Assembly (NCBI GenBank): GCA_951406725.2
Contig: OX597819.1
Location: forward strand, 9,238,001-9,302,000
Direction of reading: 5' to 3'
From: Octopus vulgaris
Taxonomy: Eukaryota
Length of the DNA: 64,000 bases
Positions 1 to 13,344 of the stretch are shown piece after piece. Below the pieces are notes generated by a model. That model was not told the DNA's origin. It saw only the letters and a list, made by a program, of their open reading frames with translations, and did no database searches. Each line of letters begins with the position of its first letter. Positions within the stretch are counted from its first letter, which is position 1. The translations under genes were made by a program, and so were the position numbers.

Positions 1-248
1 AGAATTACTTACATAATTCAAATGTCCGTGCTTCATCAGTGCATTCGTTCATTGTAAATGTAAACTGAAAAACTAACCCCAGCCTTCCGTGCCAAGACAG
101 ACACGTGCTTAGTTTTACCGATTACATTAAGGATAAAATTTCAAATGTCTTGGTTCTGGCGCGCTAAGAAATTCCTGAAGCGAAGGGCTGCAGTAAATAA
201 TTCACTGCGGTTAATGTGCTTACTACTAGAGAACGTATTTATTTCAAT

Positions 249-533
249 ATTTAAATAATGAGGGAGATAAATTAATATTAATTTTAATATCAATTTAAAA
301 CCAGTAGTCTAGCATACAAAAAATCCGCTGAATTTTTCCTCTAGAGAATTCCTTTGTAATTTGATCGTTGATGATCTGTTTCTAGCATACGGCCGACTTC
401 CTAGCAGTCAAGCCCTGCCAATATACACATATATTAGAATTTTCTCTGACTTCTCAGATTTTTTGTATGCTAGACTACTGGTTTTAAATTGATATTAAAA
501 TTAATATTAATTTATCTCCTTCATTATTTAAAT
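249..533. repeat. Inverted repeat (77-bp arms), PLE pseudo-LTR-type
   Basis: Arm 249-325 is the near-perfect reverse complement of arm 457-533, and the right arm abuts a (TA)n tract. Confidence 0.8.
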
Positions 534-564
534 TTATATATATATATATATTATTTATATTATT

Positions 565-728
565 ATACGACCGAACGTCACACGTCCATTTCCAAGTAAG
601 TTTTACCTTAATAATTTTCCTTGTATTGTTTGTCCTGTACTCTGTTTTTTCGTTGTTAAAAAAGTCCGTTTCCTTGTTTGATTTTATGTTTTCGTTTCCC
701 ATTGTGTTCTACGTTTATTTGTGGTGTC

Positions 729-795
<67 letters not shown>

Positions 796-1049
796 TGTAT
801 ATATACATGTAAATATAAGTATGTACATATATGTATGTATATATGCATATATTTTATTTATTTATTATATTGTTATTATATGACCGAACGCACGCGTTAT
901 TTCTCTATTTCTCTTCTCCAAGTAAGTTTTTATTTGAATAATCATGACGCGCACTCTGACTCTTTTCTTGACCTTTCCTCTCAGCCTGTCTGTCTTCCTC
1001 TCTACTTGTCTCTCTCCTTCCTATTTTTCACCCTTTCTGGTTTATTTTC

Positions 1050-1088
<39 letters not shown>

Positions 1089-1584
1089 CTCCTCCTCCTC
1101 CTCTCTCTGGCCGTTGACCAGAGGGCTACTAAAACTTTCTTTCAGCTTCGTGCTTCAACAAGCATACATCGACTTCCCTGTCTTTCGCAAGCCGATTTTT
1201 CACATGCGTTCTAACTAATTTTTCCACCGTCTAGACCTAAAAAAAAGCCCTTATTGTTGGTTCCCTGTCCTGTTATTCTTTATTTGTACTGTTTTTCTTC
1301 ATTTGTATTGCTTTTACGTCCTGTTCTTGTCACTTGTTTTACCCCTCTGCAAAAGAATTTTACTTAATTCCTTTTGCAGGAAGACTGCTTCGGTCTGGCC
1401 GTGTTCTGCCCTTAACTTCGAAACACGCATTGAGTCGAACCAGGGGCAGCTGATGAAGGGGAATTTTCCTTGTATTGTTTGTCCTGTACTCTGTTTTTTC
1501 GTTGTTAAAAAAAAGTCCGTTTCCTTGTTTGATTTTATGCTTTCGTTTCTCATTCTGTTCTACGTTTATTTGTGGTGTCCTGTA

Positions 1585-1642
<58 letters not shown>

Positions 1643-1720
1643 TGTATATATACATGTAGATGTAAGTATGTACATATATGTATGTATATATGCATATATT
1701 TTATTTATTTATTATATTGT

Positions 1721-1725
<5 letters not shown>
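565..1725 (+). mobile_element. Non-coding tandem PLE pseudo-LTR / retrozyme-like repeat
   Basis: 613-880 is repeated directly at ~1462-1725, and the head gaccgaacg...ccaagtaagtttt occurs at ~570 and ~882. It carries a permuted HHR. A related copy lies at 42.6-43.15 kb. Confidence 0.6.
1400..1461 (+). ncRNA. Non-circularly permuted (pseudoknotted) hammerhead ribozyme candidate
   Basis: cgtg-TT-ctgccc ... cttc-GAAA-cacg ... gggcag-CTGATGA-a-gggg. Stem III cgtg/cacg, stem I ctgccc/gggcag, stem II gggg/cttc. Confidence 0.7.
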
Positions 1726-1765
<40 letters not shown>

Positions 1766-1769
<4 letters not shown>

Positions 1770-3039
1770 GTTGTCTGGAAAGTTCGTGCTGATTTATAGT
1801 AGCTTACCTTTCGACTTATTTTAGAACATGCCTGAGTCCATAAATAGGATTTGACTACACCTCCACTTAGAGCACAGTTTAAGCTATCTTTTCGTGGAAG
1901 AAGCTTTATGTTCCAATAATCTGTGTTAATTCTGTAACCCTTTAAAATGGAAGATAAGAAAGTTCTTTTTCGGCACTTGATGCTTTTCTTTTTCCGTAAA
2001 GGGAAAAATGCCTCACAAGAAACCAAAGAAATATGCGCAGTTTACGGTGATGTTTCTTTATCTGAAAGAACTGTACGGAAGTGTTTCGCAAGGTTCCGAG
2101 CTGGAGATTGTAGCCTTATTGATAAAGAGCGATCAGGCAGACCATCCACTACAGATGATGACCAAATCAAGACATTGATTGAGAATAACCCACATTGCAC
2201 AACTCGAGAATTGGCAGAAAGCCTCAACCTATCAAAATCCGTCGTTCATGAACACCTGGTAAAGCTTGGGTACATAAATCACTACGATGTTTGGGTACCA
2301 CATGAGTTGAGTGAGAAGAACCTTTTGGATCGCATTTCCATCTGTGATTCGCTTTATAAACGAAATGAAAACTCGCCTTTTTTAAAGCAAATTGTGACAG
2401 GTGATGAGAAATGGATTATCTTCCGAAATGTTCAGAAAAGGCGATCCTGGAGTAAGCGACATGAGCTACCCTTAGCCACCCCAAAAGTGGGTCTTCACCC
2501 TGAAAAAGTCTTGCTTTGTGTCTGGTGGGATTGGAAAGGAATTCTATACTATGAGCTTCTCCCAAGTAATCAGACAATTAATTCTGAGAAATATTGCACA
2601 CAACTGGACGAGTTTAAAAGCAGTAATTCAAGAGAAACATCCAGAATTGGCCAACAGGAAGGGTGTTTTCCAACATGATAATGCAAGACCGCACATTTCT
2701 TTGGGAACCAGACAAAAACTGCTGCAGCTCGGCTGGGATGTGTTACCCCACCCTCCATATTCACCAGATATTGCTCCTTCGGATTTCCACTTATTCAGGT
2801 CTCTGCAGAATAGTCTTATTGGTAAAAATTTCAATTCCTTGGATGATGTAAAAAGATACCTTGATGAATTCTTTGCCATGAAACCACCTCAATTCTGGGA
2901 AGGCGGTATTTTCAAGTTAAAGGAAAGATGGAGACGCATTGTGCAACAAAATATTTCATATTTGGTTGATTAAAAATGTAATGGCATGTATTTATTAACT
3001 TTTTCTTTCCTTTAAAAATCAGCACGAACTTTCCGGACA

Positions 3040-3045
<6 letters not shown>
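1766..3045 (+). mobile_element. Mariner DNA transposon, full length (~1280 bp)
   Basis: 30-bp TIRs at 1766-1795 (ttgggttgtctggaaagttcgtgctgattt) and 3016-3045, with TA flanks inside a (TA)n tract. Confidence 0.95.
1947..2973 (+). pseudogene. Mariner D,D34D transposase with one frameshift near 2610
   Basis: Motifs WVPHEL, IVTGDEKW, FQHDNARPH and HPPYSPDIAPSDFHLF, with 34 residues between the 2nd and 3rd Asp. Split across ORFs 1947-2678 and 2518-2973. Confidence 0.95.
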
Positions 3046-3087
<42 letters not shown>

Positions 3088-3152
3088 GAGATAGATAGAT
3101 AGATAGACAAACAGACAGACAGACCGACCGACCGACCGACAGACAGACAGAC

Positions 3153-3221
<69 letters not shown>

Positions 3222-5117
3222 TGAACACATACCTACATGCATACATGTGTTTAAGTATGTACGTATAAAAAACACAGTGCTTAACTGATACTTAAAATAG
3301 CTCAAAGCTTATACAGTGTCTGGTTAAATTCTTTGTTTAATTCCTGGTGTCGATTCGTTGGTAAGATGTTTAAACTATTCCTCATGGACAGCTCTACAGT
3401 TTAACTTCCTTATGATAAAAAGAGAAGATGATAAAAAGAGAAGACCTTTCGGTTACCTATGCACATATCGACGCTTAATCATAATTTAAGACCTATATTT
3501 TGTCCAATACTACTGATTCTATTTATAAAATGTAAAGAATCTTCCGTTAGTTTCGACGATGAGTATTTTAGTTATTCGACAAATGGATCTACATATTCAT
3601 TACATGATAGTAATCCTCAGACACCTGTAACCTGTATTGTTAATGAGATCCTCAGACACAATCAGAGTAGGACGGAGTGAGGCAGCGTGGGAGAAGTCTT
3701 GCCCTTTGAATTACATTTACAATCTATCCGGCGATTTTGCAAACATCTACATCATTATGCTCACGAGTTTTAGGTCGACCCAATGTATATCAGATCCATG
3801 AGGATCCACTGTGGAATCGGGACAGAGACTTCATGGTTGCAAAACAAACTTCTTGATAAATTCGGCTATGTTTGCGCCCATCATTTATTGTAATATTCTG
3901 ATTGCCACATGTGATTGGGTGTTGTGCATTAAACAGATTTAACAATGCAAGAAAATCAAAGATATATTCAAAATCTTTAACACAATGAAATAACGTTACG
4001 AAGGTCTATAACTGTATGTATCAAAATAAATATGAACATTTATAAAACTTGGGATTTCGATGGCTTCAGTGAGTATTTATTCCTTTGCAAAGCAACGAAC
4101 AAATGTTTTTAGTAAAAATGCAAGAGATAATATCTGTTTTAGTGCACTCTATTTCAGATGAAACCTCTCGTCAAACACAAAGAATTCAAGCTTAAAATTC
4201 ATAAATAAATTCCACTGGAAAGAATTCTTGGCTTCCTCTGAAATATGCTTAAAAAGGCAGCAAATTGATTTGTAAAAAGAAAGAAGACTATATTGCTTTT
4301 GTCGGTTTTGTAATGGATAACAAAAACAATTAAGCTAGTGGTTGACCCGACGGTACCATATTCGATTACAAATAGCCAAATTGCTATTGTTTCGAAATGC
4401 ATGCAATACAAACAAGAATCAAGAATCGAAATCAAGTCGCAGATCCAGCCTACCTTCTGTTCTACAATAATTATCACTAAATGCAATAAATACAGAACGT
4501 ATTAGTGAGAGAAAGCAGAAATATTGAGATGCTTAGGAGTTCAAATTAAAGAAAAAAAGATTTTAAACTGACGAAAATCTGCCGAGTATTTTTGTTTGTT
4601 ATAAGTTACAAACCAAATACAGGTCAGGGTTGCTGTCATTGCAGTGACTCATAAAAAGGGAAAAGGGAAATATGATATTCTTCATAGTACAGCAGATTGA
4701 TGTTAAAAAAAAAGGAGAAAGCTGAAAAAAAGTAGAACATTTGCCAGAGTGACATTGAAACTGTATAACAGCAGGAAAGCGGCTCTTTTAAAAATGTTAT
4801 TTCTGAAAATTATCCTAAACTGTTTCCAAATGAAGGACATTATTTTATAAACCCTATCGCAGGATCCGAGTCTGGGTTTTAGATTTACTTATATTGTTAC
4901 GTTCCTGATGATGATAATACCAGTTATTTCCCTCGTCGCTTTCATTTAACATTGGAAGTATCCAAGGAGAAAGTTTGTCATTTTCTTTCTTTCTTTTTTT
5001 TTTTTTTTCTTTTTTTTTGCTAGACATAGGGGACATTGCAAACGTGAGTTGTGTACTGCGACAACTAATTAACTTTTAAACTTAGGAAATTTGTTCTCAA
5101 TTTAGTTATGGTTTCAA

Positions 5118-5545
5118 GGCGGCGAGCTGGCAGAAACGTTAGCACACCGGGCGAAATGCTTAGCGGTATCTCGTCTGTCTTTACGTTCTGAGTTCAAATT
5201 CCGCCGAGGTAGACTTTGCTTTCATCCTTTCGGGCTCGATAAATTAAGTACCAGTTACGCACTGGGGTCGATGTAATCGACTTAATTTGTCCTTGTTTGT
5301 CCTTGTTTGTCCTTGTTTGTATAATCTGTCCTTGTTTGTCCTCTCTGTGTTTAGCCCCTTGTGGGTAATAAAGAAATAGGTATCTCGTCTGTCTTTACGT
5401 TCTGAATTCAAATTCCGCCGAGGTCGACTTTGCTTTCATCCTTTCGGGGTCGATAAATTAAGTACCAGTTGCGTACTGGGATTGATCTAATCGACTGGCC
5501 CCCTTCCCCGAGATTTCGGGCCTTGTGCCTAGAGTAGAAAAGAAT
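5118..5545 (+). mobile_element. tRNA-derived SINE, family C (Nin/Deu-like core), internally duplicated
   Basis: Head ggcggcgagctggcagaa, B-box-like gagttcaaattcc, core ctttcatcctttcggggtcgataaattaagtacc. Many copies in the window. Confidence 0.85.
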
Positions 5546-6410
5546 TCATTTATTGTTACCCGAGAATCTGAGCAGTAGATTGGCAGAACTATTAAAGCGT
5601 GATAAAAGTGTTTTCTCGTGTTTCCTCTTACGTTCTGAGTTCAAATGCAGTCGAGATCAACTTTGACTTTCATCTTTTTAGGGTTCGCTAGAATAAAGCA
5701 CCAATTAAGGACTGAGGTCGATTGCATTGACTCTCCCCTAAAATTTCAAGCTACCTGTCTGTATTACGAATTATTTTGATATGGATGAGGACTGGCAGAA
5801 TAATTGGAGCTTCGAACCAAATGCTTTGAGGTATTTGCTCCGGCATTTCACATTCTGAATTCAACTACACTTTGCATCCTTGCAATGTCGATAACAAAGT
5901 ATCAGTCATGTGCTGAGGTCGATACAGCCTTGTATCTGTTAGAAATTAATATCTACAAGAGAAAGTATAGATTGGAGATAAATTAGTGTTCATAAAATAA
6001 ATGCATAGAACATTAAATGCAAATGAGAAATAATTATCGAGAATGGAAAAAATATAAATTTATGAGCAGCATTATTTTCATTTTTTCTTTTTGAAGGAGA
6101 GTACGAATGATAACGCTTGACATATTTCAGTCTTATTCTAACCTCATCGAGGAATCAGACGCCTCACCGTATTTACTGACGTAATGTTGAAACAGTAAAT
6201 AAGTGTCCAAGATTATACGTTGGTTTGTTTGGGAAAATATGACTTTAGAGAAGAGAATATACAAAGATGTCATTTGCACAAAAAAAAAAATGTGTTATTG
6301 TTAATGCGATCTATTAATGAAAAGGTCATCAAAAAGCCCAGAAAAAATAACTGTATAAGTAAAAGAGAATATTAGTCAATAACTAATCTCTTTCTCTTTC
6401 TCTCTCTTTT

Positions 6411-6815
6411 CTCTTTTACTTGTTTCAGTCATTTGACTGCGGCCATGTTGGAGCACCGCCTTTAGTCGAGCAATTCGACCCCGGGACTTATTCTTTTTGT
6501 AAGCCCAGTACTTATTCTATCGGTCTCTTTTTGCCGAACCGCTAAGTTACGGGGACGTAAACACACCAGCATCGGTTGTCAAGCAATGCTAGGGGAACAA
6601 ACACAGACACACAAAACACACACATACATATATATATATATACATATATATACGACGGGCTTCTTTCAGTTTACGTCTACCAAATCCACTCACAAGGCAT
6701 TGGTCGGCCCGGGGCTATAGCAGAAGACACTTGCCCAAGATGCCACGCAGTGGGACTGAACCCGGAACCATGTGGTTGGTTAGCAAGCTACTTACCACAC
6801 AGCCACTCCTTCGCC
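6411..6815 (-). mobile_element. tRNA-derived SINE, family B
   Basis: Reverse complement of the head ggagtggctgtgtggtaag...ggttcagtccc...cttgggcaagtgtc, matching the copy at 21569. Confidence 0.9.
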
Positions 6816-7825
6816 TAATGTTATTTTCATCTTTTTGGCAAGCACAAGAGAAAACTCTGGATATATGTTTCGTTATTATTCTGATCTCATCAGGGTAGCT
6901 AACCTTCACTGTACTTGACGTAATAGTTAGGAGAATATGCAGGAGGATTTATTGGTTAGGAGAACCCAGTTGTCACAGCGTGAAATAATTCAGCCATTTC
7001 TCTGTATTGAATAAGATATCAGTCAATCCTATATTTTACTCATGACAAGATTTCAGTTTGATACTTCCAAATAAACAATGTAGCCAACTGCTGTACGCTC
7101 TAATAAAAGCGTGCAAACATGCTCGCTCTACGACCTACAAGAAATAGCAGCCAAATATTCCTTGAATCATATCTTACTCTCCCACCAAAAGTAAAGGACA
7201 CATTGAATAATTGGGTCACTATACATTAGTAGTTTGATATAGTCCTCGGTAAATATAGGCCTATAAACGAGATGCCATGGTTGGAATTCCTTCAATTATA
7301 AGTTTGCTCCATCAGTGTTGACCTAAAGCCGTACAACAACTTTTATTCTAACACTTTGCACTCTTCTCATGAAATCAGTTCCAATATTCATTAAAATTTT
7401 CTCATCATTTAAAGCAATTTCTAATTAAAATTTCGCTTCAATTAGAGTTTAATATTAAAAGAATAATGACATTTTACAGATATAAAGATAAGTTAATTAA
7501 ATATTTTTCTAGAAGGTTCTGATTATGTCCCACATTTACTATTAACAGTCAAGCATCTTATAAATGGACAACCGACCAGCTAGAAATAACCAGCCAAATT
7601 CCCTCTTGTATCACATCTCCAACTTAAAAGTAGTAAAAGATACATTAGACAATGGATAACGCTCAAAAATGGCTGGAAATGCCGTTGCTCATAAGTCTGT
7701 TCAGACACGGCTGAATTGACCGAAGCCAAACAACAATTTTTTACAGTTCACCGATTCATTCATCTCACAGAGAAATTGTTGATATAGGCGTAGGCGTGGC
7801 CGTGGGGTAAGAAGTTTGCTTCCAG

Positions 7826-8830
7826 TATAGCGTTTGCCAGTTGGAGTGTTGGTTTTGTTTGTTACACAAGTGGAAGTGCAGTTCAGAAAGGCAGCTACCG
7901 CAAGGCTACACTCAGCAACACCGCTGAAAACGGATGAAGTGGTTCTTCTATACGTATACCTTGGGAGACGTGTTTCCAGGGTTAGTGTGGAGGAAATACC
8001 CCCAGAAGTGGATGTAGCATGGCTGATGGCTGCCATACTGCTAGGCATACAGGAGAAGGTGGTGGTCCTCCAGGCCACCAGAACACCACATAGGAAATAG
8101 CAAGGACAAACCCTTGATATGGTAGTGCAAGTCGCAGAGGAGGATATAGAAAAGATGGTCGAGACCATCACAGTGAGAGAGGGAACATTGAAGGTCAGAG
8201 GAGAAGAGAAGATTCTGCGGTGATATAAATGTGGCCTGAAAGGCCACATTAGAGCGGATTGTCCTCCACCACCGGAAGAGGCTGAGGAGAAATGTAAGAC
8301 TGAGAAAGTGGTTGGTGCTCCACAGCCCGTGGAGGAAAAGGAAAGGGATGTGGCACCACAGGAGAAGACAAGTACCAGCGTCGAGGAAGAGAAGGCAAAC
8401 ACCAGCTGGGAAATAGCGGGGGGGAAAAAAGAAGGAAAAGGAGAAAGAGGACACATATGGTAAAGGATGACCCCCAATACACACCCATCCGGCCCCCACC
8501 CCCACCCACTCGACCCCTACCACTCCCTACAGACACCAACCGTCACCATGCCCTGTCTGACATAAAAATCAAGTGCAAACCCACCCCCACCCTGTAAGAA
8601 AAAATATGTAATAATGTATAATGGACAAAATGAAGAACTATACAATGAGGTAGACTCGTGGGACAGAGTAATTAACGGGAGTAAGGGGTCTAACTGAGAA
8701 CATTCACTGCGCATTGGCGGACCCGGAGTACCTATTTAGATTACGTAAGTATGTGGAAAATTATGACTGCGAGTGGTGGCTCAAAAAAATAGACACCAGC
8801 ACAATACCAAACGGATAAGGTACGAGATAT
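7826..8830 (+). pseudogene. Gag-like ORF1 remnant of an L1/Tx1-type LINE
   Basis: Degenerate zinc knuckle (*YKCGLKGHIRADC) at ~8221-8262 followed by a Glu/Lys-rich tail, with several stops. Confidence 0.6.
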
Positions 8831-8847
8831 GTCTCTCTTTCTCTTTC

Positions 8848-9034
8848 TCTTTTACTTGTTTCACTCATTTGACTGCGGCCATGCTGGAGCACCACCTTTA
8901 GTCGAGCAAATCGACCCCAGGACTTATTCTTTGTAAGCCCAGTACTTATTCTATCGGTCACTTTTTGCCGAACATCAACACACCAGCATCGGTTTGTCAA
9001 GCGATGTTGGGGGGGGGGGGCAAACACAGACACA

Positions 9035-9075
<41 letters not shown>

Positions 9076-9238
9076 GACGGGCTTCTTTCAGTTTCCGTCT
9101 ACCAAATCCACTCACAAGGCTTTGGTCGGCCCCAGGCTATAGTAGAAGACACTCGCCCAAGGTGCCACGCAGTGGGACTGAACCCGGAACCACGTGGTTG
9201 GTAAGTAAGCAACTTACCACACAGCCACTCCTGCGCCT
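8848..9238 (-). mobile_element. tRNA-derived SINE, family B
   Basis: Near identity to other family B copies. Confidence 0.9.
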
Positions 9239-9364
9239 ATTCACTTTCTTCATTCGTTTGTTTTTGTCCCCACCTTGTGCTGTCCCCTCTGTGTAAGGCT
9301 TTCATGGCCAATTTCATAAAATAAAGACGTTTGCTTCCCAACCACAGAGTTCCGGGTTCAATCT

Positions 9365-9398
<34 letters not shown>

Positions 9399-9578
9399 CG
9401 CACGTGACGAAGTCGATTGTATCGACTCCATTACTCTACTGGCACTTATTTTTATCGACCCTGAAAGGATAAAACTCAAAATTGAACTCGGGATCATTTG
9501 AACTCACAAAACGTAAAGCCGGAACAAATACAGCATTTCGTCGGGTGCGGTAACGATACTGCCAACTCACCGCCTAAA

Positions 9579-9747
<169 letters not shown>

Positions 9748-9839
9748 TGTATCAATTGCTAATTTATCTAATAGGATCGAGTGACTGCATGTGTAAACGA
9801 CGAAGAGGTTTTAATAGCTGCATTGATAGTAACTGCGAT

Positions 9840-10637
9840 GGTGGTGGCGGTGGTAGTAGTAGTAGTAGTAGTGGTGGTGGTGGTGGTGGTGGTGGTGGTG
9901 GTGGTGGTGGTGGTGGTGGTGGTGGTGGTGGTGGTGGTGGTGGTGGTTTAGTGGTGGTGGTGGTGGTGGTGGTGGTGGTGGTGGTGGTGGTGGTGATGGT
10001 GGTGGTGGTGGTGGTGGTGGTGGTGGTGGTGGTGGTGGTGGTTTGGTGGTGGTGGTTTGGTGGTGGTGGTGGTGGTGGTGGTGGTGGTGGTGGTGGTGGT
10101 GGTGGTGGTGGTGGTTTGGTGGTGGTGGTTTGGTGGTGGTGGTTTGGTGGTGGTGGTTTGGCGGTGGTGGTGGTGGTGGTTTGGTGGTGGTTGTAGCTGC
10201 TGCTGTTGTGGTGAAAGCAGTGTTTGTGGTGATTTTAATAGTGTATGTAGTTGAAGGTGTGAGAGGTGGTTGGGTGGTAGTTGGTAATTGTAGCAGTCAT
10301 TATGATGATAATCATAACACGATGATTATGATGGTAAAAGTTGTAAGCTCTGTAAGGAGGAGGAGGAGGGAGAGGAGGGCGATGAGGGGTAGGAGGAGAA
10401 GGAAAGGAAGAAGGCGACTGTGTTAGTAGTGATAGTGATGACAACAGCTGTAGTGGTGGCTATCACGGTTGTGGCTGCATTGGTGTTGTTGTTTGTGGTG
10501 GTAGTGGTGGTGGTGATGGTGGATGTGGCGATGGTTATGGTGGTAGTGGTGGTGGCGGTGGTAGTGGTGATATTGGTGGTTGTGGTGTTGGTGGAGTTAG
10601 TTCGGTGATTATGGTGTCGCTGTTGTCGTTGTTGTTG

Positions 10638-10669
<32 letters not shown>

Positions 10670-10751
10670 GGTGGTGATGGTGGTGGATGCGGCGATGGTT
10701 ATGGTGGTAGTGGGTGTGGTGGTGGTAGTGGTGATATTGGTGGTTGTGTTG

Positions 10752-10783
<32 letters not shown>

Positions 10784-10790
10784 GGTGATT
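9840..10790. repeat. (GGT)n/(GTT)n compound microsatellite
   Basis: Direct reading. The block gtggatgYggcgatggttatggtggtagtgg is repeated at ~10518 and ~10683. Confidence 0.9.
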
Positions 10791-11271
10791 GTGATGAAAA
10801 GTAAGTACTGGTGAGAGAAAGACGATTGGCTTGGGACACACCGCTAGCACCAAGGACCACAGCGAGCAGAGAAGCTACCTAAATAGGAAGCAGAGTCTCT
10901 TCATCGACGAGACATAATGTCTCGCTCTAAGTTGATGTTCCTGAAAACAGGAAGACAAACCAAAGCAGCCTCCCCCACTCCGCCCCCGCCCCCATCAATA
11001 TCGCTCCAACAGAATGAAGAACTTAGCATCATCGCCGTATTATTGGTAATGGTGGTTGAGGGATGGGACGTGGAGATGGTGCGGGTGATGGGGGTGAAAG
11101 CGTTCGAGTGTGGGGGGTGATGGGGGTGAAAGCGTTCGAATGATGATGGTGGTGGTGGTGGTGGTGGTGATCATGATGAAGATAGTTGTGGTGATGGTGG
11201 TGAAAGTAAGTGGTGTCGAAGATAAAGAAAGGAATCCTTTAGTTCTTCGTTGCTCTTTTTTTACGTCTTTC

Positions 11272-11303
<32 letters not shown>

Positions 11304-11401
11304 CGACGACAACAGCAACAACATAATCACCGAACTAACAGTGTCACTTTGATGGCATGCACTACTTTCTCTCATGATGATGATGATGATGATGATGATG
11401 A

Positions 11402-11443
<42 letters not shown>

Positions 11444-11449
11444 AATAAG

Positions 11450-11955
11450 CAACCTGGAAAAGAAGAAAACTAGTTAAGAGTAACAACATGACACTAGATA
11501 AAGTAACTGAAGTAAGAGGATTAGACCAAACCCGGACATACATATGCTTAGGAATCAATGAACTAGATACGATACAACACACACAAATGCAAGAGAAGGT
11601 AAGAAAGGAATACTATAGACGAGTTAGATTAATACTGAAAACGGAGATCAATGCGAAAAACAAGATAATAGGTATGTACACTCTAGCCGTCGCAGTTATA
11701 AGTTACAGCTACAACATTCTTAACTGGTCTCTAAATGAACTGATCAAAATAGACAGGAAAAGAAGAAAAATAACAAGATTCAGGATGCACCACCCAGAAC
11801 ATGACTTAGAAAGGTCATACATACAACGTATTGCAGGTGGTAGAGGCCTGATACAGTTAAAAAACTATTACAAAATAACCACCATAGAACTACAGAAATA
11901 CCTACTTCAGAAGCAGGGAAATATCCACAAACACGAACAAAATAAAAAACTGTCT
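11450..11955 (+). pseudogene. R4/Dong-type non-LTR retrotransposon RT C-terminal fragment
   Basis: YICLGINE...KEYYRRVRLILKTEINAKNKI...IDRK...MHHP...GGRGL. It lies next to a (TAA)n tract, the usual Dong/R4-type target. Confidence 0.75.
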
Positions 11956-12563
11956 GATACCAGGAAGCGCCTGAGACTACGATGGTGCCTATACGTGGTT
12001 CCTGGATACGCTAGTGATTGGAACTAAGTTTCCCTCAAACGACAATCTCGCCTCTTTAAAGAAAAGTAAAAGAATGGGCAATGTAGTTTTATAGAAAAAA
12101 AGTGTCTTAAAATAAATGATGAAATGCTCTCAGGTGAAACATCTTTGATCATCAGCCTTTCGACTGGATCTGACCTGGGATTAAACACCAACAGCAACAA
12201 AGCGAAAGAACAAGAGAGCTATTATGCTAGAGAAGAACTACACATTGGTAAATTGTTAAAATACTATCAACTTTAATCGTTCTTTCTTTGTCTGTCTATC
12301 TTTCCCTCTCGCAGCCCCCTCTTTCTATACCTCTTTTCCCCTCTCTATATCTACAAAGATCTATCTCGAAAGGAAGATCACCTTTCTATGTCTGACTGAA
12401 AATAGCAACGGAAATAAACACTGGCCAAGGCTGAATTTCAAATTGGAAATTATCAAGTAGGAAGTTGTTTCTGTCTTCTCTCATTCTGGCATTCGTCAAA
12501 GAATTTTCTCAGTTCTTCTACCCAACACATTATCGCTTACACACACATATACACACATTTTCG

Positions 12564-12605
<42 letters not shown>

Positions 12606-12967
12606 CATACACACACACACATGCATACATGCACCCACATACATACCTACCTACCTATCAACCTACCGACACACATACATACATACATACATACATACAT
12701 ACATACATACATACATACTTACATACATATTTGTATACATTCATTAGTATGTGCGTGTATGTATATAGAGTGTGGTAAAAAAAAACTAGTAGAAAATAAA
12801 AACCAAAGGAAGAGAAAGGCCCAGAAAAAAGCTTACTCACTGGAAAAAAAAATAAACGACAAAAAAAAATCAACCCATTCACCAAAATCGCCCTCATCCC
12901 TAATGATGACCACAATACAAGTTACAGAAGCACCTGCAAGTCAGGATAGACGGACCATACCAATATT

Positions 12968-13344
12968 GGATGGAAGCACTCCGTCGGTTACGACGACGAG
13001 GGTTCCGATCAACGGAACAGCCTGCTCGTGAAATTAACGTGTAAGTGGCTGAGCACTCCACAGACACGTGTACCCTTAACGTAGTTCTCGGGGATATTCA
13101 GCGTGACACAGAGAGTGACAAGGCCGGCCCTTTGAAATACAGGTACAACAGAAACAGGAAGTAAGAGTGAGAGAAAGTTGTGGTGAAAGAGTACAACAGG
13201 GATCACCACCATCCCCTGCCGGAGCCTCGTGGAGCTTTTAGGTGTTTTCGCTCAATAAACACTCACAACGCCCGGTCTGGGAATCGAAACCGCGATCCTA
13301 TGACCGCGAGTCCGCTGCCCTAACCACTGGGCCATTACGCCTCC
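12968..13344 (-). mobile_element. tRNA-derived SINE, family A, with TSD
   Basis: Head ggaggcgYaatggcccagtggttaggg...ggtttcgattccc. TSD taccaatatt at 12958-12967 and 13345-13354. Confidence 0.92.

Noticed and set aside
10800-10960. Splice-like signals and small hairpins among GGT repeats
   Set aside because: No consistent reading frame or homology.
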